Source of the DNA: an uncultured bacterium
GTDB lineage: Bacteria; Actinomycetota; Thermoleophilia; Solirubrobacterales; 70-9
Assembly: GCA_963807745.1 (NCBI GenBank)
Contig: CAWECF010000003.1
Location: 763,895-827,894, forward strand
Length of the DNA stretch: 64,000 nucleotides
Reading direction: 5' to 3'
In this document: piece after piece, positions 54,392-63,200 of the stretch
Layout of the letters: every line of letters begins with the position of its first letter
Position numbering within the stretch: the stretch's first letter is position 1
Notes under the pieces: generated by a model
What the model saw: only the letters and a program-made list of their open reading frames with translations
Database searches by the model: none
Told to the model about the DNA's origin: nothing
Translations under genes and position numbers: made by a program

Positions 54392-55240
54392 ATGCCCCAG
54401 GCAACGGCCTCAGACGGCGTCAGACTCCACTGGGAGGAGCGGGGCTCCGGGCCGACCGTGCTTCTGACCCCGTACTGGGCGATGCACCCATCCGTCTTCG
54501 ATCCGATCGAGGCGGTGCTGGAGGGGGAGTTCCGGGTTGTCCGCTTCGACGAGCGGGGAACCGGCCAGTCGGATCGGGTCGGCCCATATGACATGGCGAC
54601 CGGAGTCTCGGACCTGGAAACGGTTTGCGAGGCCGTGGGAGGCGTTGCGGCGGCGGTTTGCCTGGTCGACGCCGCGAACCGCGCGGTCAGGGTGGCCGAC
54701 ACCCGCCCCGACCTGATGGACGCGGTCATCTGCATCGGATCAGCGCCATTCGGCGTCGGGGCGCTCCGCAACTCCGATTCCCTGCTTGCCTCGGAGGCCG
54801 TCGTCGGCGCCTACCTGCAGCAGCTCGAGGCCGACTACCGCGGCGCGGTCCGCGCCGCGCTGTCCGGGGCCAATACACAGCTCGACGAGGAGCAGGTAAA
54901 GGAGCGCGTCCAGATCCAGATGGAGTACATCGACGCCGAGGCAGCGTCGGTACGGGCACGGGAGTGGGCGAACGATGCGGAGGCCACCGAGCCGGCGAAC
55001 CGGATAGGCGACCGGATGCATATCTGCCTCTCGGAGACGCTTGGCGGCACGGGCACCTGGTTCCCCTCCGCCGGGGAGCTGGAAGCGGTGGCGAACGAGC
55101 TGTTCCCGAACGCCGGCCAAAGCTTTCTGCCTGACGGGATCGTCTCGGCCCCCGATGAGGCCGCCGCGGGCGTCGCCGAGGTCATCGCGCGCCGCCAGGC
55201 CGAGATATCCGCGGGCTCGGGGCCTCTAAGCTCGGCCTAG
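54392..55240 (+). CDS. Alpha/beta hydrolase fold protein
   Basis: GVRLHWEERGSGPTVLL...FDERGTGQSD pattern. The nucleophile position reads LVDAAN (Asp rather than Ser). Confidence 0.75.
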   Translation: MPQATASDGVRLHWEERGSGPTVLLTPYWAMHPSVFDPIEAVLEGEFRVVRFDERGTGQSDRVGPYDMATGVSDLETVCEAVGGVAAAVCLVDAANRAVRVADTRPDLMDAVICIGSAPFGVGALRNSDSLLASEAVVGAYLQQLEADYRGAVRAALSGANTQLDEEQVKERVQIQMEYIDAEAASVRAREWANDAEATEPANRIGDRMHICLSETLGGTGTWFPSAGELEAVANELFPNAGQSFLPDGIVSAPDEAAAGVAEVIARRQAEISAGSGPLSSA

Positions 55241-55242
55241 GC

Positions 55243-55704
55243 ATGCAGACCTGGATCCTCACCGGCGGCGTCGAGAACTTCCGGATCTATGTCGAGCGCG
55301 GGTTCGACGTGATCGGCATGAAGGAGGGCCGCCGTCGCATGGCCGAAGGGTTCGAGCCTGGTGACGAGATCATGTTCTACGTGTCGGGCCTTCAGGCGTT
55401 CGGCGGCATCGCGAAGGTGCGCTCGGGCATGTTCGAGGACCGCACCCCGATCTGGCCTCAGGGAAAGAAGAAGAAGCCGGAGGCATACCCGTGGCGCGTC
55501 GAGGCCGAGCCCGACGTCGTCCTTGCCGAAGAGGACTTCGTCCCCGCCGAGGAGATGGTCGGCCGCCTGGAGCACATCGCGAAATGGCCCGCCGACCACT
55601 GGCACCTCGCGTTCCAGGGACAGCTGCGAGTCATCGGTGAGGCGGACGCGAAGAAGCTCCGCAAGCGCATCGAAAACGCCGCCCGCGCCGGCGTAGTTGC
55701 GTAA
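55243..55704 (+). CDS. EVE (PUA-like) domain protein
   Basis: 153 aa. WILTGG.ENF...GDEIMFYVSG...YPWRV pattern, typical of EVE/ASCH-like folds. Confidence 0.6.
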   Translation: MQTWILTGGVENFRIYVERGFDVIGMKEGRRRMAEGFEPGDEIMFYVSGLQAFGGIAKVRSGMFEDRTPIWPQGKKKKPEAYPWRVEAEPDVVLAEEDFVPAEEMVGRLEHIAKWPADHWHLAFQGQLRVIGEADAKKLRKRIENAARAGVVA

Positions 55705-55866
55705 ACCTTAAAAAGGCTCGCCCCGGGCGTCATACAAGTGTCCACATTCGCGTCCCGCAGCCAAGAGCGGCTCCGCAGGCGTCGAATTTCCTACTAGATA
55801 CCCGAGGAGAGTCTGGTGTCGGCCCCTGGCCGGTCCCAGACCTGAACCCCGGGCACCTCCGATGCC

Positions 55867-55906
55867 GAGACGGGGCGTCCTTCGGGGCGCCTCGTCTCAT
55901 TTTCTT
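55867..55906 (+). terminator. Strong intrinsic terminator (14-bp stem, UUCG loop, U-tract)
   Basis: GAGACGGGGCGTCC-TTCG-GGGGCGCCTCGTCTC, followed by ATTTTCTT. Lies 160 nt after the nearest upstream stop codon. Confidence 0.7.
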
Positions 55907-55978
55907 GGGCGGAAATCCGCGTCTTGCGTCGAATGTGAGGGCTGAGAGCCGACTACCCGCAGAAAGTTCGGGCCGAGC

Positions 55979-56000
55979 CTGCTATTAGTATCCGCTCACA
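55979..56000 (+). promoter_or_regulatory. Conserved 22-nt block ending 2 nt before the M23 peptidase 2 ATG
   Basis: See 53147-53168. Confidence 0.45.
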
Positions 56001-56002
56001 AA

Positions 56003-56593
56003 ATGCCCAGCTCACGCAAACAAGAAAACCCCGCCCTTCGAATCCCCCTTGCGATCGTCGCGCTCCTTGCCGCGCTCCTTGCCCCGATCGTCCTGACCTC
56101 CGCCGCCTCGGCGGGCGGAGGCGGTGTCGACACCGGCGGCGGTGGCGGTGGTGGCGGGACCGGCGGAGGTGGCGGCGGAGGCCAGCAGTACCTCTTCCCC
56201 GTTCCCGCCAAGCACCAGTACGGCGACGGCTACGGCGCGGGCAGAGGCCATCAGGGCCAAGACGTCTTCGCCAAGTGCGGCGTCAAGCTGATCGCGAACC
56301 ACACGGGCAAGGTCCAGACCGTCGACCGCCACTCCTCCGCCGGCAATTACATCGTGCTCGACGCCAAGGGCACCGGCAAGGACTACGCCTACATGCATCT
56401 CAAGGACAAGGCGATTCCGCGCGAGGGATCCAGGGTCCGCAAGGGCGACAAGATCGGCGAGGTCGGCAAGACCGGCAATGCCTCCGGGTGCCACCTCCAC
56501 TTCGAGAAGTGGACCGCCCCCGGCTACTACGAGGGCGGCGACGCCACGGCGTCGGTCACGAAGTCCCTCAAGAAGTGGGACAAGTACAGCTAG
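56003..56593 (+). CDS. M23 family metallopeptidase (paralog 2, poly-Gly linker)
   Basis: GRGHQGQD, GNASGCHLHFEKW, LKKWDKYS. Run of about 25 Gly between the signal sequence and the catalytic domain. Confidence 0.85.
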   Translation: MPSSRKQENPALRIPLAIVALLAALLAPIVLTSAASAGGGGVDTGGGGGGGGTGGGGGGGQQYLFPVPAKHQYGDGYGAGRGHQGQDVFAKCGVKLIANHTGKVQTVDRHSSAGNYIVLDAKGTGKDYAYMHLKDKAIPREGSRVRKGDKIGEVGKTGNASGCHLHFEKWTAPGYYEGGDATASVTKSLKKWDKYS

Positions 56594-57636
56594 GCGACGC
56601 GCCTGCCGTGGGCCGCAGCGCCCGCATCCAACGTCGCCGCTCCATAGCTGGGCTCCCCCTCGAGCAGGGTCGCCCCGACGCGCTCGCTGAAGCGCCGGGA
56701 CGCTCCCGCTCCACCCACGTATACGGGCCACCGGCTCGCGATCTCCGCGATCTGGGCGCCTGACTCACGGAGCCTCCGCGAGTCGACGGCGGAGACGACG
56801 ACCGCGTCCGGCCGCAGGGAATCCGCGGTCTCGACGAGGTTCAGGGCGGGTGTGTCCTGCCCGAAGTAGGCGATGCGCCAGCCTCGCTCGCGCAGCAAGA
56901 GCCCGAACGAGACCAGCCCGAGGTCGTGGCGCTCGCCCGCGGGACAGGCGAGCACAGCGAGCGGGCCCTTCCCTGTCCCCCAGCCGCGCCCCATGCTGAA
57001 GAGGCGGCTGCGGATGAGGTTGGAGGCGAAGTGCTCCTGGGCGGGCGTGGTGTCGCCCCGCTGCCACCGGACTCCCACGTCCCGTAGGAACGGAAGGATC
57101 AGCTCCTCCAGGAAGGCGCTCAGGGGAAGCGACGCGACCGCATCGTCAAGGACCGCGTTCGCCGCACGCTCGTCGAACGCGTCGAGGGCGAGGGCGAGCC
57201 GCTCGATCCGATCTGCGGTGACCGGGATGCGAAGGGGCGCCGGTGCCAAAGCACCGACGCCCTCCTCGCGGGGCGCGGCACGTCCCGCAACGCGCGCGCC
57301 GGCTTGGGACGGCGCGGCTTGTCCCGCCGTTGCCGTGCCAGACCCGGTCTCGACCGCGAGATGGGGGACCTCGCGGGCAAGTCTTGCCGCCTCTGCGGTC
57401 GCGACCCCCTGGCCGCGGAGGCGGGTCAGTTCCCTGATCCTCGCCTCGTCCTCGGCGGTGTAGAGCCGGTAGCCCCCTTCCGTGCGCCGCGGCTCTGGCA
57501 GGCCGTAGCGGCGCTCCCAGGCTCGCAGCGTTCCGGGGCTGACTCCCACCCGGCGGCTGAGCTCGCCGATGCGAAGGGCGGGCCGGCGCGATCGATCCGG
57601 CTGGCCCTTGCTGCTCTGGGTGGTGGTCACGGTCAC
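56590..57636 (-). CDS. MerR-family, cobalamin-binding light-responsive regulator (CarH/LitR-like)
   Basis: GTG start. MerR HTH LRIGELSRRVGVSPGTLRAWERRYG. W-x9-EH (WQRGDTTPAQEH) and E-x-H-x-x-G (ERHDLG) B12-binding motifs. Confidence 0.85.
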   Translation of the reverse strand: MTVTTTQSSKGQPDRSRRPALRIGELSRRVGVSPGTLRAWERRYGLPEPRRTEGGYRLYTAEDEARIRELTRLRGQGVATAEAARLAREVPHLAVETGSGTATAGQAAPSQAGARVAGRAAPREEGVGALAPAPLRIPVTADRIERLALALDAFDERAANAVLDDAVASLPLSAFLEELILPFLRDVGVRWQRGDTTPAQEHFASNLIRSRLFSMGRGWGTGKGPLAVLACPAGERHDLGLVSFGLLLRERGWRIAYFGQDTPALNLVETADSLRPDAVVVSAVDSRRLRESGAQIAEIASRWPVYVGGAGASRRFSERVGATLLEGEPSYGAATLDAGAAAHGRRVA

Positions 57637-57653
57637 GACTCCTCGACCGAGGA

Positions 57654-57695
57654 CTGTATCATCTTTGCTTAGAGATTTTGCTTAACCTTATACAG
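57654..57695. promoter_or_regulatory. AT-rich candidate operator/promoter between the CarH-like and SDR genes
   Basis: CTGTAT-N30-ATACAG inverted repeat enclosing two TTTGCTTA direct repeats (57664, 57677; 13-bp period). Confidence 0.4.
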
Positions 57696-57703
57696 CCTCC
57701 ACC

Positions 57704-58678
57704 GTGGGCACTTTGACCCGCATGACATCGCCAATTGCCCTCGCGGACCGCGTGATGGACGCAGCGGTCGCGCCCGGCTTCACCTCCCTCGGCTACAGCG
57801 TCCGGAGCCGCGCCTGGGGGCGCACGCCCGATCTGAGCGGGCGCGCGGTGCTGGTGACGGGCGCCAGCTCCGGCCTCGGCGCTGGCACGTGCGAGCTCCT
57901 CGCTGACGCCGGCGCGAGCGTCCACATGCTCGTTCGCGACATCCAGAAGGGCGAGCGGGTCCTGGCCGGCATCTCGGAGCGCACAGGGTCGGACGAGCTC
58001 CGCCTCTGGCGCTGCGACATCTCCGAGCAGGAGTCGATCCGTGAGTTCGCCGCCGCGTTCACAAAGGAGGTGCCGAAGCTGGACGCCCTCGTGAACAACG
58101 CCGGCGTCATGCCGCCGGAGCGGGTGAGGTCGGTGGATGGAATCGAGCTCAGCTTCGCCACCAACGTCACGGGGCCGCTGCTGCTCGCGCTCGAATTGAT
58201 GCCCAGCCTTCGCGCCGCTGCGCCGGGCCGGGTGGTGAACGTCTCGTCAGGCGGCATGTATGGAGCGAAGCTCGACGCGGACGACCTCCAGTTGGAGCGC
58301 CGCGACTACGACCCAGTCCGCTTCTACGCACACACGAAGCGCTGCGAGGTCATCCTCACCGAGCTCTGCCAGGAGCACCTCGGCGGCGACGGCGTGACCT
58401 TCCACTCCACGCACCCCGGCTGGGCGGATACCCCGGGGGTCCAGGACTCACTGCCGGGCTTCCGCAAGGTGATGGGGCCCTTCCTCCGCGACGCGCGCCA
58501 AGGCGCGGACACCTCCGCGTGGCTCTGCTGGGCGCCCGAGCCGATCCGAAGGCCGGGTCTCTTCTGGCACGACCGAAAGCCGCGCGCCACCCACAAGCTT
58601 CCGAACACCAAGGAGTCTCAGGTGGCGCGTGAGCGCCTCTGGACCGAATGCACCCGACTGATAAAGGAGGCCCCGTAG
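57704..58678 (+). CDS. SDR family oxidoreductase (retinol-dehydrogenase-like)
   Basis: VLVTGASSGLG, NNAG and YAHTK motifs. 324 aa. Confidence 0.8.
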   Translation: MGTLTRMTSPIALADRVMDAAVAPGFTSLGYSVRSRAWGRTPDLSGRAVLVTGASSGLGAGTCELLADAGASVHMLVRDIQKGERVLAGISERTGSDELRLWRCDISEQESIREFAAAFTKEVPKLDALVNNAGVMPPERVRSVDGIELSFATNVTGPLLLALELMPSLRAAAPGRVVNVSSGGMYGAKLDADDLQLERRDYDPVRFYAHTKRCEVILTELCQEHLGGDGVTFHSTHPGWADTPGVQDSLPGFRKVMGPFLRDARQGADTSAWLCWAPEPIRRPGLFWHDRKPRATHKLPNTKESQVARERLWTECTRLIKEAP

Positions 58679-58680
58679 AA

Positions 58681-59121
58681 ATGGCCAGATACACCGGAAC
58701 CATCCTCACGTCCAAGCCCGCGGAGGAGGTCTACGACTACATGGCCGACTTCACGTCGGTCGAAGATTGGGACGAGACCGTGACCGAGGCGAAGCGGATC
58801 GGCAACCAGCAGCCCGGGAAGGGCGCCCGCTTCAGCGTCACCTTCAAGCTCGCGGGACGGGAGAACACCTTCGAGTACGAGACGGTCGAGGCCGAGCGGC
58901 CGAGCCGCCTGCTGCTGCGGGCCGAGAGCGGCACGGTCACCTCGCTGGACGAGATCACCGTCCGCGAGGTCGCCGAGGGGACAAAGCTCGTCTATGACGC
59001 GAAGCTCGAGCCGAAGGGGCTCGCCAAGGTCGCCGACCCGGCCCTGGGGCTCCTGTTCAAGCGACTCGGCGACAACGCGGCCAAAGGCCTCGCGCGCGAG
59101 CTCGACGGTCAGGTCTGCTGA
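58681..59121 (+). CDS. SRPBCC (polyketide cyclase/dehydrase-like) protein
   Basis: Start MARYTGTI after AAGGAGG. VYDYMADFTSVEDWD is typical of SRPBCC proteins. Confidence 0.7.
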   Translation: MARYTGTILTSKPAEEVYDYMADFTSVEDWDETVTEAKRIGNQQPGKGARFSVTFKLAGRENTFEYETVEAERPSRLLLRAESGTVTSLDEITVREVAEGTKLVYDAKLEPKGLAKVADPALGLLFKRLGDNAAKGLARELDGQVC

Positions 59122-59125
59122 GCGC

Positions 59126-60250
59126 TCAGCCGGCTTCGGGCTGGATGAGCGGCGATGACGGCGGCGGTGGCTGCGGTGGCGGGGACTCAACTCCGAGCGT
59201 GACGGCCCGGCGGTAGTCGATCCACTCGCGCACCGCGATCTGGATCGACGCGGCCGCCGGGATCGCAAGGAGCGCGCCGACCACTCCGAAGAGGGTCGAT
59301 CCGAACAGCACCGCAACCAGGATCACGATGGGCTCGACCGCCACGGCCCGGCGCTGGATCTGGGGCTGGATCACGTAGTTCTCGACCTGCTGGTAGACGA
59401 TCGCGAAGATGATCCAGACGATCAGGGCGACGGGGAAGTTGACGAACAGGAGCACCACGCCGACCAGGAAGGCCGCGATCGTGGCGCCGACGACCGGGAT
59501 CAGGTCGCCGAAGGCCATGATCAGCGCCAGCGCGCCCGCGAATGGCGCGCCGAGGATGGTCAGCACGATGAACGAGACGACCCCCGCGATGGTCGCCTGA
59601 AGCAGGGCCCCGCCGACGTACCCGCCGATTGCGCTAGCGATGTGCTCGAACGCCCGGCGCAGGCGCTCGGCGCGCTCGGGCTCCTGGGCCTTCAGGAACC
59701 GCTCGATCCAGTTTGCGCCTCCAGAGACCATGAAGATCGAGAGGATCATGATCGTCACAAGTGCGAAGATCGAGCTGACTAGCCCCACGCCGATGTCGGA
59801 GAGGGTCTGGGTGGCATCGCCGATCTTCTCGGGCAGCTTCTGGGCCTCCTCCTCGAGCGTCCCCGTGATGTCGTAGTCCTCGTTGAGGTTCGACAGCGTC
59901 TCGTTCTCGTTCACGAACTCGGTCACGTCCCCGGCATATTCAGGAAGGTTGTTGACCAGGTCCTCGCCCTGGCTGACCAACGGCGGGACGAACAGGACCA
60001 TCAGGAGAACCGGGATGGCCACGAGAGCCCCGTACACGGTCGCGATCGCTGCGCCCTTGCGCATGTGCTGGGAGAGGGCGGCGATCGGCCCGGAGACGGC
60101 GATCGCCAGGAATGCCGCGACGACGAGCCACGAGATCGGCTGCTGCAGGAGGTAGACGAGATAAGCCGTGATCATCACCCCGACGACCACGAAAACCACT
60201 CTCAGGATCGAGCGGAGGCTCGTGTCGAACCCTCTGAAGACGGCCATCAT
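59126..60250 (-). CDS. AI-2E family transporter (PerM/UPF0118)
   Basis: 374-aa polytopic ORF. FGDLIPVVGATIA and ALLAIPAAA motifs. Confidence 0.85.
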   Translation of the reverse strand: MMAVFRGFDTSLRSILRVVFVVVGVMITAYLVYLLQQPISWLVVAAFLAIAVSGPIAALSQHMRKGAAIATVYGALVAIPVLLMVLFVPPLVSQGEDLVNNLPEYAGDVTEFVNENETLSNLNEDYDITGTLEEEAQKLPEKIGDATQTLSDIGVGLVSSIFALVTIMILSIFMVSGGANWIERFLKAQEPERAERLRRAFEHIASAIGGYVGGALLQATIAGVVSFIVLTILGAPFAGALALIMAFGDLIPVVGATIAAFLVGVVLLFVNFPVALIVWIIFAIVYQQVENYVIQPQIQRRAVAVEPIVILVAVLFGSTLFGVVGALLAIPAAASIQIAVREWIDYRRAVTLGVESPPPQPPPPSSPLIQPEAG

Positions 60251-60283
60251 CGGCGTCCTCTTCGACGCCGGGGGCTTCTCTCC

Positions 60284-61057
60284 TTACCCCTTGGGGGACC
60301 GCGGCAAGAAAGCGCTCGTGCGCTTGACGTAATCCGCGTAGCCCGGGCGTCGCGATGAGATCGTCTTCTCCGTCAACGCCACTCCCGAGACGCGAAGGAG
60401 CAGGAAGGTGAGCAGAGCGGGCCCGACCGCGGTCCACCACGCCGATCCGGTCTCCAGCGCGATCAGCCAGATGCCCCACCACACGCACACCTCGCCGAAG
60501 TAGTTGGGATGGCGCGAATAGCGCCAGAGGCCCTGGTCCATCACCTTGCCTTCGCTCTCCGGATCCTTGGTGAACGCGCGGAGCTGTGCGTCGGCAATCG
60601 CCTCGAACAGGATCCCGAACGCCGCGACCGCCGCCCCGGCCCAGGCCAGGACGCCCAAGGTCGCCGGCGTGGGGTCGGTTGCCGCAACCTGGATGGGCAG
60701 CGAGATGACCCAGGCGATCAGGGCCTGGGCCCCGAACACCGACCAGAGGCTCCTGAGCGCAAAGTTCTTGTGCCGCGCCCGCATCGCGGCATACCGCCGG
60801 TCCTCGCCGTCGTGGCGCTGCGCGATGTAGCCGGCCAGGCGAACCCCCCAGATCGAGACGAGAATCACGATCAGGAGCGAGCGCTGCTCGTCGCCGTCGC
60901 CCACGACCAGCGCGACGATCGCGATCGCGACGAACGCAAGCCCCCAGGCAACATCGGCCACGCCTGCATCGCGCATCACGACGCTCGCAAGCCAGGCGAC
61001 GAGCATGACGCCGAGCGCGGCGCCGAGTGACGCGAGCTGAACCGCGGCATCGAGCAT
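60284..61057 (-). CDS. DUF1295 / steroid-5-alpha-reductase-like membrane protein
   Basis: GLWRYSRHPNYFGEVCVWWG motif. Confidence 0.8.
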   Translation of the reverse strand: MLDAAVQLASLGAALGVMLVAWLASVVMRDAGVADVAWGLAFVAIAIVALVVGDGDEQRSLLIVILVSIWGVRLAGYIAQRHDGEDRRYAAMRARHKNFALRSLWSVFGAQALIAWVISLPIQVAATDPTPATLGVLAWAGAAVAAFGILFEAIADAQLRAFTKDPESEGKVMDQGLWRYSRHPNYFGEVCVWWGIWLIALETGSAWWTAVGPALLTFLLLRVSGVALTEKTISSRRPGYADYVKRTSAFLPRSPKG

Positions 61058-61123
61058 GGAGCGGAGTATGAGGGGTCAGACCCTCATGAAGCGCGATCGG
61101 CGTGAGGACGGTGAGGTCTGACC

Positions 61124-61792
61124 CTAGATCGCGGCGCGGGCGGCCCAGGCCATCCGGCCGAGCTTCTCGCCCAGGGTCTCCGGAGTCCATTCGCCGGAGC
61201 CGCTCAGGAGCGTGCGCGCGCCGACCTGGGCCAAGCCGACGATCGTGTGGCCGAGCAACTCGGCGGCAGCTTCCGCCTCCTGCCCCTCCAGGTCCGAGTA
61301 CTGCTCGACCCACCGCCTGGCGATGCCGGCGGCCGTCGTCGCCTGAAGCTCGATGCCACGGGAGATCCGGGCCGCTACCGCCTCGTTGCCGCCGCCCTCG
61401 CCGAGGAAGACGACGCGGTAGATGTCGGGCGAGCGCTGGGCCGCCTCGAGGAAGACCTGGAAGCCGCGGATCAGCGTCCCCTCCGGGTCGTCGGAGGTCC
61501 CGGTGGTCGCGAGCGCCTTGCCCGTCTCGACCAGGATCCGCTCCTCTTCGCGGTCGAGCATCGCGGTGAAGAGCTCGTCCTTGGAGGCGAAGCAGTCGTA
61601 GACGACCGGCTTGGACACCCCCGCTGCGGACGCGATGGCGTCCATCGAGGTGCCTTCGAAGCCGTTCTCGAGGAAGAGCTCGTAAGCCGCGTCGAGGACG
61701 AAGGGCCGCCGACGCTCAGGTCCGAGATGCGCCGCGCGCTTTCGCCGCGGGCGTTCCATCGCCGGTGCGCTTGGGTTCTCTGAGACTGCCAT
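61124..61792 (-). CDS. TetR/AcrR family transcriptional regulator
   Basis: FLENGFEGTSMDAIASAAGVSKPVVYDCFASKDELF HTH. Confidence 0.88.
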   Translation of the reverse strand: MAVSENPSAPAMERPRRKRAAHLGPERRRPFVLDAAYELFLENGFEGTSMDAIASAAGVSKPVVYDCFASKDELFTAMLDREEERILVETGKALATTGTSDDPEGTLIRGFQVFLEAAQRSPDIYRVVFLGEGGGNEAVAARISRGIELQATTAAGIARRWVEQYSDLEGQEAEAAAELLGHTIVGLAQVGARTLLSGSGEWTPETLGEKLGRMAWAARAAI

Positions 61793-61793
61793 T

Positions 61794-61819
61794 CCTACTT
61801 ATGGTAGCATTTTCCTACC
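61794..61819. promoter_or_regulatory. Candidate TetR operator
   Basis: CCTAC-N5-GTAGC and GGTAG-N7-CTACC inverted repeats in the AT-richer TetR/acyl-CoA dehydrogenase intergenic region. Confidence 0.35.
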
Positions 61820-61856
61820 GAACGTAAAGAACCACGCTACCGCAGATTGGACTTTG

Positions 61857-63143
61857 ATGAACGCAGCAACCGCCACGGCCGCTACCTCCGCCTCGCAGGT
61901 CGACGACATCGTCGACGGGTCAGAGGACGCTCCCCCTTTCTCGCTCGAGCTCTCCCAGGACCAGAAGGACATCCGCGACTGGGTTCATGGCTTCGCCGAG
62001 AACGTCGTTCGCCCGGCAGCGCATGAGTGGGACGAGCGCGAGGAGACACCGTGGCCGGTGATCCAGGAGGCGGCGAAGATCGGCCTCTATGGCTTCGAGG
62101 GCATCGCGCAGTTCTTCGCCGACCCCTCCGGGCTCCAGCTTCCGCTCGTCAACGAGGAGCTCTTCTGGGGCGACGCGGGTATCGGCATGGCGATCATGGG
62201 AACGACGCTCGCCGTCGCTTCGCTGTTCGGCCAGGGCACGCCCGAGCAGATGGGCGAGTGGATCCCGCAGTGCTTCGGCACCGAGGACGAGCCGCAGGTC
62301 GCGGCGTTCTGCGCCTCCGAGCCCGACGCAGGCTCAGACGTCTCCGCGGTACGGACCACGGCCAAGTACGACGAGGCAAAGGATGAGTGGGTCCTGAACG
62401 GGCAGAAGGCATGGGCCACCAACGGCGGCATCGCCAAGGTCCATGTCGTGATCGCGTCCGTCGACCGCGAGCTGGGCTCGCGCGGCCACGCGGCTTTCGT
62501 GATCCCTCCGGGCACACAGGGCTGCGAGCAGGGCTCGAAGGTGAAGAAGCACGGTCTGCGCGCGTCGCACACCGCCGACGTCCACCTGGACGACTGCCGC
62601 ATTCCCGGCTCCTGTCTTCTCGGCGGCAAGGAAAAGCTCGACGAGCGCCTCGCCCGCGTCCGCGAGGGCAAGAAGTCCAAGTCACAGGCCGCGATGCAGA
62701 CCTTCGAAGCCTCGCGCCCGACGGTGGGCTCCCAGGCCGTTGGCATCGCGCGCGCTGCGTACGAGTACGCGCTCGACTACGCCAAGGAGCGCCAGCAGTT
62801 CGGCAAGCCGATCATCGAGAACCAGGCGATCGCCTTCACCCTCGCGAACATGAAGATGGAGATCGACGCCTGTCGCCTCCTCGTCTGGCGTGCGTCGTGG
62901 ATGGGCCGCACCGGCCAGACCTTCGAGAACGCCGAGGGCTCGATGTCGAAGCTGAAGTCCGGCGAGACCGCGGTCTGGGTCACCGAGCGGGCGATGCAGA
63001 TCCTGGGCGGCAACGGCTACACGCGCGAGTTCCCCGTCGAGCGGATGCACCGCGACGCGAAGATCTACGACATCTTCGAGGGCACCGCGGAGATCCAGCG
63101 GCTCGTGATCTCCCGCGCCATCTCGGGCCACCACATCCGGTAG
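61857..63143 (+). CDS. Acyl-CoA dehydrogenase
   Basis: 429 aa. CASEPDAGSDV, QFGKPI, and GGNGYTREFPVERMHRDAKIYDIFEGTAEIQR. Confidence 0.9.
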   Translation: MNAATATAATSASQVDDIVDGSEDAPPFSLELSQDQKDIRDWVHGFAENVVRPAAHEWDEREETPWPVIQEAAKIGLYGFEGIAQFFADPSGLQLPLVNEELFWGDAGIGMAIMGTTLAVASLFGQGTPEQMGEWIPQCFGTEDEPQVAAFCASEPDAGSDVSAVRTTAKYDEAKDEWVLNGQKAWATNGGIAKVHVVIASVDRELGSRGHAAFVIPPGTQGCEQGSKVKKHGLRASHTADVHLDDCRIPGSCLLGGKEKLDERLARVREGKKSKSQAAMQTFEASRPTVGSQAVGIARAAYEYALDYAKERQQFGKPIIENQAIAFTLANMKMEIDACRLLVWRASWMGRTGQTFENAEGSMSKLKSGETAVWVTERAMQILGGNGYTREFPVERMHRDAKIYDIFEGTAEIQRLVISRAISGHHIR

Positions 63144-63155
63144 GAAGCGGCAGAT

Positions 63156-63197
63156 ATGAGCGTTGCGTCAGGTACCTGGTACCTGGCGGAGCGCTCA
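63156..63197. repeat. 42-nt palindromic intergenic element, copy 2
   Basis: ATGAGCGTTGCGTCAGGTACCTGGTACCTGGCGGAGCGCTCA. About 17 bp can pair. Lies between convergent genes. Confidence 0.6.
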
Positions 63198-63200
63198 CAT

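Noticed and set aside
56100-56195. GGC/GGT-rich tandem repeat that looks like a simple-sequence or CRISPR-like array
   Set aside because: It is in frame within M23 peptidase 2 and encodes a poly-Gly linker. There is no spacer/repeat periodicity, and no CRISPR array is seen anywhere in the window.
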